Position numbers and translations under genes: made by a program. Positions 8,253 through 15,787 of a stretch of 32,234 nucleotides of DNA are shown piece after piece (position 1 is the first letter of the stretch; every line of letters starts with the position of its first letter). The notes under the pieces were generated by a model. That model saw nothing but the letters and a program-made list of their open reading frames with translations. It did no database searches and was not told where the DNA came from. Origin of the DNA: Actinomycetota bacterium (GTDB lineage: Bacteria > Actinomycetota > Thermoleophilia > Gaiellales > Gaiellaceae); contig JBEQUF010000349.1 of the NCBI GenBank assembly GCA_040349295.1, positions 1 through 32,234 of the forward strand, given 5' to 3'.

Positions 8253-8990
8253 CTACATCGTCTCCTGGAAGTACGTCGCGGAGTCGCCGTGGATGATCAC
8301 GACCTCGCCTTCCTCGCCCGGCTGCACGCCCGCCTCGTCCTCGGTCGTGAGCGTCAGCGAGGTCGACCCGTCCCCGGCTGCCTGGAGCACGCGCCCGCCA
8401 TCGAGCATCGCCGTCTGGCCGCCGCCCGTGTCGACCGCCGACCAGGTGTGACCGGGGATCTCGAAGTCGGCGCCTCGAATCGTGTACGGACACGAGATGC
8501 GCCAGGTCAAGGTCGGCGGCGTCACCGCGACGCCGTTGACCATCACCGCGCCGCGGAAGTCGGTGAGGCTCGTGCAGACGGCGTTCCGCGTCTCCGTCGC
8601 AGCCGCGTTCAGGGCGTCGACGAGGAAGTGGTGCGGGACGGGCTTCGTCGCCGACAGGTGCGCGAGCAGACGCTTGACGGCGTCGGAGACGCCGGCGACG
8701 TCGTTCTTCACACCGAACGCCTGGGCGGCAGCGATGAGCTCTGTCGGCGGCGTCAGCGCCTTGACCGCACCGAGCGACGCGTTGACCGCCGCCTCGGCGT
8801 GCTGGAGCGCCTGCCGGCGCTTGAAGGCGTCCGTCGCCTGCTGCGCCAGGGACTCGTAGCGCTCGGCCGCGGCGAGATCCACCTGGACGACGTGGAGGTC
8901 GCCGAGCGGCGACGGTGCGCTGCCGACACGCGCAGCGGCGCCCCCGGCGAGGAGCAGGCCGATCGACCCCGCCGCGAGCGCGGCGCGCAT
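8253..8990 (-). CDS. secreted hypothetical protein
   Basis: Signal-like N-terminus MRAALAAGSIGLLLAGGAAA. Amino-acid composition is balanced, unlike the Arg-rich antisense ORFs. I recognise no family. It lies 15 nt downstream of the pentapeptide-repeat gene on the same strand. Confidence 0.55.
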   Translation of the reverse strand: MRAALAAGSIGLLLAGGAAARVGSAPSPLGDLHVVQVDLAAAERYESLAQQATDAFKRRQALQHAEAAVNASLGAVKALTPPTELIAAAQAFGVKNDVAGVSDAVKRLLAHLSATKPVPHHFLVDALNAAATETRNAVCTSLTDFRGAVMVNGVAVTPPTLTWRISCPYTIRGADFEIPGHTWSAVDTGGGQTAMLDGGRVLQAAGDGSTSLTLTTEDEAGVQPGEEGEVVIIHGDSATYFQETM

Positions 8991-9005
8991 GCCGGCAGCC
9001 TACGG

Positions 9006-9566
9006 CTATTCGACGTCGGCGCCAAGCGACCGCGCCAGCTGCACCGCGCCCGCGAGGTCGAGCGTCGCGCCCTCGACCTGCGTCGCCGAGAGCAGCACGC
9101 CGTCGAGCCGCGCCTCACGGAGGTCGGCGTCGCGCAGGATCGTGTTGTGGACGATCGCCCCGGTCAGGTCGGCGCCGCGCAGGTCGGCCCCCGACAGATC
9201 CGAGCCGGTCAGGTCGACCTGGTGCGCCTTCACGTTCCGCAGGTCGAGCCCGCTCAGGTCGTGGTTGCGCAGCAGCGCATAGGAAAGGTCGCCGCCGGCG
9301 ATCGTCAGACCGGTGATCGTCGCGGCGGTGAAGTCGACGCCGAGCAGACGGCAGCGCTCGAAGCTCGCGCCGAAGAGATAGACGTTCTCGAAGCGCGAGT
9401 TCGCGAAGTCGCTGCCGTCGTGCTCCGACGCGTTGAGGCGGGCGTTCGTGAAGTCGCACGCGGTGAACGTGCAGTTGGACGTGCGCAGGCCCGACAGGTC
9501 GAGACCGCGGAAGCTCTCGCCCTCGAAGACCTCGTTCGCGAGCTCAGCTTCCGCTTCGAGCTTCAT
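9006..9566 (-). CDS. pentapeptide-repeat protein (MfpA/Qnr-like size and architecture)
   Basis: 186 aa consisting almost wholly of A(D/N)LxX pentads: GLDLSGLRTSNCTFTACDFTNARL, HQVDLTGSDLSGADLRGADLTGAIVHNTILRDADLREARL. Confidence 0.85.
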   Translation of the reverse strand: MKLEAEAELANEVFEGESFRGLDLSGLRTSNCTFTACDFTNARLNASEHDGSDFANSRFENVYLFGASFERCRLLGVDFTAATITGLTIAGGDLSYALLRNHDLSGLDLRNVKAHQVDLTGSDLSGADLRGADLTGAIVHNTILRDADLREARLDGVLLSATQVEGATLDLAGAVQLARSLGADVE

Positions 9567-11121
9567 TGCGCATCTCGCTCAGGAGACGCTCGAGCCGCTC
9601 CTCGGTCGAGTCGTCGACGAAGGTCATCGCCGCGGCGACGTTCGGATGGACGGCCGCGATCGCGTCGCGCATCTGCAGCGCCACCGCCCGGTACGACGGA
9701 TGGCCCTCGCGACCGGAGCGGAGCTCGATCAGATGCAGGGCCTCGCGCGCGTCGAGCTCGAGCACGTAGCGGATGCGGAACGCGAGGCAGAGCGCGTAGG
9801 GCGCCTCCTCGACGAAGCCGGTGCTGCGCAGGCGCTCGTGCTCGGCGCGCGAAACGTCGAGTGCGCGCGCGTAGTCGGAGCCCAGCCCGGCTTCCGTCAG
9901 CTCGTGCGGCACGTCGGCGCCGAGCGCAGGCGACAGCCGCTGCCACTGGCAGGTGAGCAGGCGATGCCGCTGCAGGTCGCGGAAGGCGCCGTAGTCGGAG
10001 ACGATCTCGAAGCGGTAGGTCACGGTCTCGAACCCGCGGCCGGGCCGGTGGCGGCGGTTCTCGCGCGTGCCCACGAGCTCGCGCAGCAGCGCGGCGCGAT
10101 CGGCGCCTTCGAGCGCACGCAGGACGTCCGCCTCGCCTGCGTCGGTCGACTCGAAGAGCAGCGCCGCGATCAGCTCCTCCTCGCTCCCGTGCGTGCGCAG
10201 CAGCCGCACCGAGGGCGCCGCCGCGCTCTCGCCGGCGCCGATGCCGAGCCGGCGCGCCACCGTCTCGCCGGCGTCGCGCCGCTGCTGGAGGAACTCCACC
10301 CAGCGCCCGCCGCGGTCGGGACGCGGCACGCGCGACACGAAGCTCGGGATGATCTGCTGCAGCTCCTCGAGCAGCATCTCGCCGTACGCGTTCGCCTCCG
10401 CGAGCGGATGGGCGAGCAGGTGCAGCACGAGCTGCTCGTACGTCTGGCCGCTCGCGTAGATGCCCATGTGCGAGAGCGACGCCGCGGGCAGCACGCCGCG
10501 GACGAGATCGAGCGCCTTCGCGCGCACCGCACGGCGGTGGGCGGCGGGCGACTCGCCCTCCGCCGCGGGGAAGCGCTCCGCGACCCACGCGGTCGTCCGC
10601 TCGAGCAGCGACGAGTAGCTCGCGAAGAGATCGTCCATCGCGCGCTCGTACTCCGGCCCGAAGCGCGCGTCGCGCAGGTATCGGTAGCCGTACCCGTCGA
10701 GCTGTGTGTCGTAGGCGATGTACCGCGTCGACTGCTCGAGATACGACGCGAGGCGGGGCCGCTGCAGGATCTTCGTCAGGAGGTTCGACGTCCACTCGCA
10801 CGCGATGTGCGCGCCGCCGAGCTGCGCGACCGAGTCGTCGCCGTAGCCGAGGAAGATCGTCTCGTAGAGCTTCGCGGCCCGCTCGCCCTCGCTGCCCTCG
10901 ATCGCGGGAACCTCGGGCACGGAGTCGGCGAACTCGTCGAGGAAGAGCCGGCGCAGCGTTCCCGCGTAGCGCGAGTAGCGCGCGAAGAGCGCGCCCTTCA
11001 CCGTCTCCGGCAGGTTCACGAGCCCGAAGACCGGCTTGTCGAGGTTCGTGAAGTGCGGCGCGAGCCGCCCCCGCTCCTCCTCGGTGAAGGTCTCGACCGG
11101 AACTGTCACTGTCTCCAGCAT
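9544..11121 (-). CDS. long (about 525 aa) tandem-domain ThyX-like protein (putative FAD-dependent thymidylate synthase)
   Basis: The C-terminal half carries FRDLQRHRLLTCQWQRL, which has the RHR core of the ThyX motif. The N-terminal half carries ALFARYSRY. The length and duplicated layout recall the long Chlamydia-type ThyX. ATG at 11121, with an in-frame TTG at 11127. Confidence 0.6.
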   Translation of the reverse strand: MLETVTVPVETFTEEERGRLAPHFTNLDKPVFGLVNLPETVKGALFARYSRYAGTLRRLFLDEFADSVPEVPAIEGSEGERAAKLYETIFLGYGDDSVAQLGGAHIACEWTSNLLTKILQRPRLASYLEQSTRYIAYDTQLDGYGYRYLRDARFGPEYERAMDDLFASYSSLLERTTAWVAERFPAAEGESPAAHRRAVRAKALDLVRGVLPAASLSHMGIYASGQTYEQLVLHLLAHPLAEANAYGEMLLEELQQIIPSFVSRVPRPDRGGRWVEFLQQRRDAGETVARRLGIGAGESAAAPSVRLLRTHGSEEELIAALLFESTDAGEADVLRALEGADRAALLRELVGTRENRRHRPGRGFETVTYRFEIVSDYGAFRDLQRHRLLTCQWQRLSPALGADVPHELTEAGLGSDYARALDVSRAEHERLRSTGFVEEAPYALCLAFRIRYVLELDAREALHLIELRSGREGHPSYRAVALQMRDAIAAVHPNVAAAMTFVDDSTEERLERLLSEMRNEARSGS

Positions 11122-11755
11122 GGCCAAAGGACCGGAGACGCTAGCGCGCCTGTCGGTCGGAACCTCCGGGTGGAGCTATCCCTCCTGGCGGCCCGGCTTC
11201 TATCCGGCCGGGCTCGATCCCGCCGGGTTCCTCGGCTTCTACGCCCAGCGCTTCCGGACGGTCGAGCTCAACACGACCGGATACCGGCTGCCGAGCGAGG
11301 AGCAGTTCGAGCGCTGGGCCGCGCAGGTGCCGGACGGGTTCGAGTTCGCGCCGAAGCTGCCCGGCCAGCGGCTGCGGAGCCTCGACGTCTTCGAGTCGCG
11401 CGTGCGCGCGCTCGGCGACCGCCTCGGGCCGGTGCGGATCTCGCTCAAGAACGCCCGCGACGAGGGGATCCTCGAGCTCCTGCTCGGGTCGCTCGACCCG
11501 TCGCTCCGGCTCGCCTTCGACCTCGAGCATCCGTCGTGGGACGGGATCGAGCCGCGCCTCGCCGAGGCAGGCGCCGTCCGGGTGAACGACCTCGAGACGC
11601 CGGCGCCGTTCCGCTACCTGCGACGGCGCGAGGCCCCCGACGACGCATTCGTCACGCGGGTCGCGGGCCTCACGGAACCGACGTACGTCTACTTCCGCCA
11701 CGGCGACGAGCCGGACGCGCCGCGCTACGCGGCGGCGCTGCTCAACCGCCCGTGA
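11120..11755 (+). CDS. DUF72 (YecE/UPF0759) family protein
   Basis: The N-terminal segment LSVGTSGWSYPSWRPGFYPAGL..FLGFYAQRFRTVELNTTGYRLP is typical of DUF72. ATG at 11120. Confidence 0.8.
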   Translation: MAKGPETLARLSVGTSGWSYPSWRPGFYPAGLDPAGFLGFYAQRFRTVELNTTGYRLPSEEQFERWAAQVPDGFEFAPKLPGQRLRSLDVFESRVRALGDRLGPVRISLKNARDEGILELLLGSLDPSLRLAFDLEHPSWDGIEPRLAEAGAVRVNDLETPAPFRYLRRREAPDDAFVTRVAGLTEPTYVYFRHGDEPDAPRYAAALLNRP

Positions 11756-12701
11756 GACCGGCGAGGCAGGACTTGTCGCCGTATGACCGGAGCAGCGCGT
11801 CCGCCGCCTGGCGCTCCCCCGCCTTCGACGCGTCGTAGGCGCCGATCGACGGGATCGTGACCGAGATGTTCGGCGTCACGCCCGTGCCCGAGGCGGTGAG
11901 GCGGTAGTGCGTGCCGATCCCGGGGCCGCGCCTGCCGCCCGCGTAGCCCGGCGGGTGCTGGTAGCCGCCCTTCGTCGGGTCGAAGGGGTAGAAGCCGTAA
12001 CAGAACGCGCCCGTCGGGTTGTGCGGGACGAACGAGTTCTCGCGCCGCCAGCCCGAGCCGTAGACCGAGTCGTAGGTGTCGAGGTAGATGAGCCGGCCGA
12101 AGTTGTCCGTCGGCGCGCCGACGCTCGTCGTGCCGAACCCGTACACGGGCTGCCCCTGGTACATGTAGCGGCCGAAGACCTGCTGGAAGCCGCTGTACAC
12201 CCAGCCCATGTGCACTTCGAGCGTCGGCAGGTCGCCGCTCCAGTGCGACACCTCGAGCCACTTCGCGCTCAGCGCGGGCGTCCACGGCGTGAAGCCGAGA
12301 TCCGGAAGCGGCTGCTGCCAGCTCTGCGCCGCCCAGTACGAGCCGTCGGCCGCCTTGCAGGCCGCGACGAGGTTGGGCAGGGCAGGCCCGTCGTACGTGC
12401 CGCACGACCCGCCGAACACCTTCCAGTAGACCTTGTGGTACTTGCCGTACCCGCCGGAGTAGTCGAGCTTGAACTTGACCTGGTGGAGTCCCTTTGCCGG
12501 CTGATCCGCGTTGATGGCGCCCCAGACGAGCACGTGCTTGACGGCTCCACCCTTGCGATAGGTGAGCAGCATCTCGCCCTTCGTGTTCGTCCTGATCTGG
12601 ACTCCCGTGGCGTTCCGGTCGATCAGCTGCGCTGCGGACGCAGTGCCGCAGAAACCGAGCACAGCAAGCAGAGCTGCGACGATGACCCAGTACCGACGCA
12701 T
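11742..12701 (-). CDS. secreted aromatic/Gly-rich hypothetical protein
   Basis: ATG at 12701. Signal peptide MRRYWVIVAALLAVLGFCGTASA. 319 aa, rich in W, Y and G. I recognise no family. Lower GC than the flanks. Confidence 0.6.
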   Translation of the reverse strand: MRRYWVIVAALLAVLGFCGTASAAQLIDRNATGVQIRTNTKGEMLLTYRKGGAVKHVLVWGAINADQPAKGLHQVKFKLDYSGGYGKYHKVYWKVFGGSCGTYDGPALPNLVAACKAADGSYWAAQSWQQPLPDLGFTPWTPALSAKWLEVSHWSGDLPTLEVHMGWVYSGFQQVFGRYMYQGQPVYGFGTTSVGAPTDNFGRLIYLDTYDSVYGSGWRRENSFVPHNPTGAFCYGFYPFDPTKGGYQHPPGYAGGRRGPGIGTHYRLTASGTGVTPNISVTIPSIGAYDASKAGERQAADALLRSYGDKSCLAGLTGG

Positions 12702-12757
12702 GCATCCCGGGTACCCACGACCTGAGGTTTTGAAAACATGTCGTGCCGCGCTTCGAG

Positions 12758-13909
12758 CTAGAAACGCCCGACGGCGCCCGCATGCCGCTCGTACGCACGC
12801 GTCGCGACGATGTCGGCGAGCTGCTCGACCGTGAAGCGCAGCTCGTCCTCCGTGTTGAAGAAATGCGGACCGAGGCGCACCCCGGCATCCGGACGGAAGT
12901 CGCAGATGACGTTCCGCTCGGTCAGCTCCCGGTGCACGGCCGCGTGGTCGGGTGTGACGACGAGCACGGTGCCGCCGCGACGCTCCGGCTCGCGCGGCGA
13001 GCCGACCTCGAGCCCCGCGTCGTCGCAGAGGTCGATCAGCAGCTGCGTCAACGCGAGCGAGCGCTCGCGGATCCGGCCGACGCCGACCTCCTCGATCACG
13101 TCGTAGCCGGCCGTCGCGGCGTAGAGCGCCGGCACGTTCGGCGTCCCGGTCAGGAACCGCCGTGCGCCGTCGGCGTACTCGAGCTCGGGCTCGAACGCGA
13201 ACGGCCGGGCGTGGCCCTGCCAGCCGACGAACGCCGGCGCGAGCCGCTCGGCGAGATCGGGACGGACGTAGAGCCAGCCGGCGCCCGGTCCGCCGCATAG
13301 CCACTTGACGCTGCCGCCGGTCGCGAAGTCGACGCCGAGCGCGGTCACGTCGAACGGGACGACGCCCGCGCTCTGGTAGCAGTCGAGCACCACGTGCGCG
13401 CCGACCTCGTGCGCGCGGCGGATGATCGGCTCGATCGCCTGGATCTCCGCGTTCTTGAACAGCACGTGCGAGATCGGGACGAGCAGCGTGCGCTCGTCGA
13501 TCGCGGCGACGATCGCGTCCGCGTCCGTGCACGTCACGACGTCGAGGTGCGGCTGCGCCTGGTAGAGGTAGCGGACGCTCGGGAAGTTCGCCTCCTCGTA
13601 GACGATGCGGTTGCGCCCGCCGACGTCGTTGAAGCACGAGAGGACGACCATCTCCGCGACGGTGACGTTCTGGTGCATGACGGTCGAGCCGGGAGGGGCG
13701 CCGATGATGCGGCCGATCTGGTCGCCGACGGTGACCGGCATCTCCCACCAGCCCTCGCCCCAGCTGCTGATCCCGCGCTCCTTCCACATGCGCGCGTACT
13801 CGAGGAGGTTGTCCTCCGCTTTCGCCGGCATCGCGGCCAGCGAGTGGTTGATCAGGTACGTGCAGGTGTCGAGGATGGGGAAGCGGTCGCGATATGCGCC
13901 AAACTCCAT
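12758..13909 (-). CDS. kynureninase-family / class V aminotransferase-fold PLP enzyme
   Basis: FPILDTCTYLINHSLAAMP resembles the kynureninase N-terminus. GGSVKWLCGGPGAGWLYV resembles the PLP-lysine motif S-x-K-x-L-x-GGPG. Confidence 0.7.
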   Translation of the reverse strand: MEFGAYRDRFPILDTCTYLINHSLAAMPAKAEDNLLEYARMWKERGISSWGEGWWEMPVTVGDQIGRIIGAPPGSTVMHQNVTVAEMVVLSCFNDVGGRNRIVYEEANFPSVRYLYQAQPHLDVVTCTDADAIVAAIDERTLLVPISHVLFKNAEIQAIEPIIRRAHEVGAHVVLDCYQSAGVVPFDVTALGVDFATGGSVKWLCGGPGAGWLYVRPDLAERLAPAFVGWQGHARPFAFEPELEYADGARRFLTGTPNVPALYAATAGYDVIEEVGVGRIRERSLALTQLLIDLCDDAGLEVGSPREPERRGGTVLVVTPDHAAVHRELTERNVICDFRPDAGVRLGPHFFNTEDELRFTVEQLADIVATRAYERHAGAVGRF

Positions 13910-13912
13910 CCT

Positions 13913-14467
13913 GTGAGCCTAACTTTGCTCGATTGGCGCCGCCGCGTCTTCGCCCTCTATGCGGAGGTGCGTGCGTCCGACGACCCGCGCGCGGCGTGGG
14001 AGCACTGGGTCGCGGTGCGCGCCGAGCTCTACCGCTCGCACCCGCAGTCGCCGCGCGTCGGCGGCGTGCCGCGGTACTTCGACTACGACCCCGCGTGGCG
14101 GTTCGAGGCGCAGGTCGAGGACGCACCGCCGGAGTCGATCGAGATCGACGGCTTCCCGTTCACGCGCTTCGCGCGCGCACGCTTCGGCGACGGGCTGTCG
14201 CTCGACGTCTACTGGCTCGAGACGTACGGCGGCGGCGTCTTCGTCCCGTTCCGCGACGCGACGTGCGGCGTCGAGTCGTACGGCGCCGGCCGCTACGTCC
14301 TCGACACGGTCAAGGGCGCGGATCTCGGCGGCGAGCTGCTCCTCGACTTCAACTTCGCCTACAGCCCGTCGTGCGCGTGGGACGACCGCTGGGCGTGTCC
14401 GCTCACCCCGCCGGCGAACCGCCTGAGCGTCCGTATCGAAGCGGGCGAGCAGACGCCCCTGCCCTGA
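13913..14467 (+). CDS. DUF1684 family protein
   Basis: YWLETYGGGVFVPFRDATCGVESYGAGRYVLD and FNFAYSPSCAWDDRWACPLTPPANRLSVRIEAGE match the DUF1684 pattern. The start is GTG 13913 or TTG 13925. Confidence 0.7.
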   Translation: MSLTLLDWRRRVFALYAEVRASDDPRAAWEHWVAVRAELYRSHPQSPRVGGVPRYFDYDPAWRFEAQVEDAPPESIEIDGFPFTRFARARFGDGLSLDVYWLETYGGGVFVPFRDATCGVESYGAGRYVLDTVKGADLGGELLLDFNFAYSPSCAWDDRWACPLTPPANRLSVRIEAGEQTPLP

Positions 14468-14471
14468 CGAT

Positions 14472-14565
14472 CCGTCACGGCTCCGTCACGCCTTCGTCAC
14501 GAAAGGCGCACGCAGACCCGCTAACTCCAGGGACCCTGGTGTCAGACACGAGGGTTTTGTGACGG
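14472..14565. repeat. four copies of CCGTCAC (three direct copies at 11-bp spacing, one inverted) plus two short palindromes
   Basis: CCGTCACG at 14472 and 14483, TCGTCACG at 14494, and GTGACGG at 14559-14565. The palindromes are ccagggaccctgg (14527-14539) and gtgtcagacac (14539-14549). Confidence 0.6.
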
Positions 14566-15786
14566 CTAGGGGACGTCGCGCGCGTCCGGCCCGACGTAGA
14601 TCTGCGCCGGGCGCGTGATCTTGAAGTCCGCGCTCATCAGCTCGTCGTAGTGGCACAGCCAGCCGACGGTGCGGCCGACGCCGAAGAGCACGGTGAACGT
14701 CGCCGGGTCGAAGCCGATCGCCCGGTAGGCGATGCCCGAGTAGAAGTCGACGTTCGGGTAAAGCTTGCGCGACACGAAGTACTCGTCCTCGAGCGCGATC
14801 CGCTCCAGCTCCTGCGCGATCGCGAGCAGCGGGTTGTCGCCCGCGACCGCGAGCACCTCGTCGACGACGCCCTTGATCACCTTCGCACGCGGGTCGTAGT
14901 TCTTGTAGACGCGGTGCCCGAACCCGTAGAGCAGCACCTCGTGCTTCTTCACGCGCTCGATGTACTCGGCGACGCGGTCGACGGAGCCGATGTCGGCCAG
15001 CATCCGCAGCACCGCCTCGTTCGCGCCGCCGTGCAGCGGGCCGTAGAGCGCCGCGGCGGCGCCGGCGAGCGACGAGTACATGTCGGTCTCCGCCGAGCCG
15101 ATCGCCCGCATCGCGTTCGTGCCCGCATTGAGCTCGTGATCCGCATGGAGGACGAACAGCACGTCGAGCGCGCGCCCGAAGACGTCGAGCGCCTCCGCCC
15201 CGCGCGCCGTGTCGACCGCGTCGCCACAGGCGGCGATGAAGCGCCGCGCGTACGTGTCGCCGACCGGCTCGCCCGGCTCGACGCCGGCGTGCCGTGCGAT
15301 CGCATGCGCACCGAGGATCAGCGTCTCGGCGAGCGCGAGCGGGAAGAAGCGCCGCCGCATCGCGGCGTCCTTCACGTCCTTCGTCTCGGGATGCGAGGCG
15401 CCGAGCGCGGCATAGCCGGCGATGAGGATCGCCATCGGATGCGAACCCACGGGAAACGAATCGACGAGCGCGTCGATGCGCTCGACGTCGACCTCGGCGT
15501 TGTAGACCGACTCCCGCCACGGCACCCGCTGCTCGCCGGTCGGCAGCTCGCCGTCGTGGAGCAGATATGCGATCTCGAGGAAATGCTTCTTCTCCGCGAG
15601 CTGCTCGATCGGATAGCCGCGGTAGCGGAGGATGCCCGCGTCGCCGTCGATGTAGGTGATCGCGCTGCGCGCCGTCGCCGTCGCGAGCAGCGGCTGGTCG
15701 TACGAGACGACGCCCTGCGCCTTCAGCTCCGCGCCGGCGAACGCGCCGTGCTCGTCCACCTCGACTTCGATCGTCTTCTTCGACAT
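14566..15786 (-). CDS. gltA: citrate synthase
   Basis: ATG at 15786 (MSKKTIEV). Motifs: ITYIDGDAGILRYRGY, LHADHELNAGT, GPLHGGANE, YGFGHRVYKNYDPR, YPNVDFYSG. Confidence 0.9.
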   Translation of the reverse strand: MSKKTIEVEVDEHGAFAGAELKAQGVVSYDQPLLATATARSAITYIDGDAGILRYRGYPIEQLAEKKHFLEIAYLLHDGELPTGEQRVPWRESVYNAEVDVERIDALVDSFPVGSHPMAILIAGYAALGASHPETKDVKDAAMRRRFFPLALAETLILGAHAIARHAGVEPGEPVGDTYARRFIAACGDAVDTARGAEALDVFGRALDVLFVLHADHELNAGTNAMRAIGSAETDMYSSLAGAAAALYGPLHGGANEAVLRMLADIGSVDRVAEYIERVKKHEVLLYGFGHRVYKNYDPRAKVIKGVVDEVLAVAGDNPLLAIAQELERIALEDEYFVSRKLYPNVDFYSGIAYRAIGFDPATFTVLFGVGRTVGWLCHYDELMSADFKITRPAQIYVGPDARDVP

Positions 15787-15787
15787 C

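Noticed and set aside
8094-9956. 620-aa plus-strand ORF. Similar very long ORFs occur at 3988-5538, 9433-11838, 17564-19387, 23106-24740 and 29080-31299.
   Set aside because: They are extremely Arg/Ala/Pro/Gly-rich and low in complexity, and each lies antisense or out of frame to a gene with clear family motifs. This is the typical stop-codon-poor artefact of DNA with about 70% GC.
14472-14501. Possible mini CRISPR-like or tandem repeat array.
   Set aside because: There are only three 8-bp units with 3-bp spacers. That is far too short for CRISPR repeats and spacers, and no cas genes are present. It is kept as a phased-motif finding instead.
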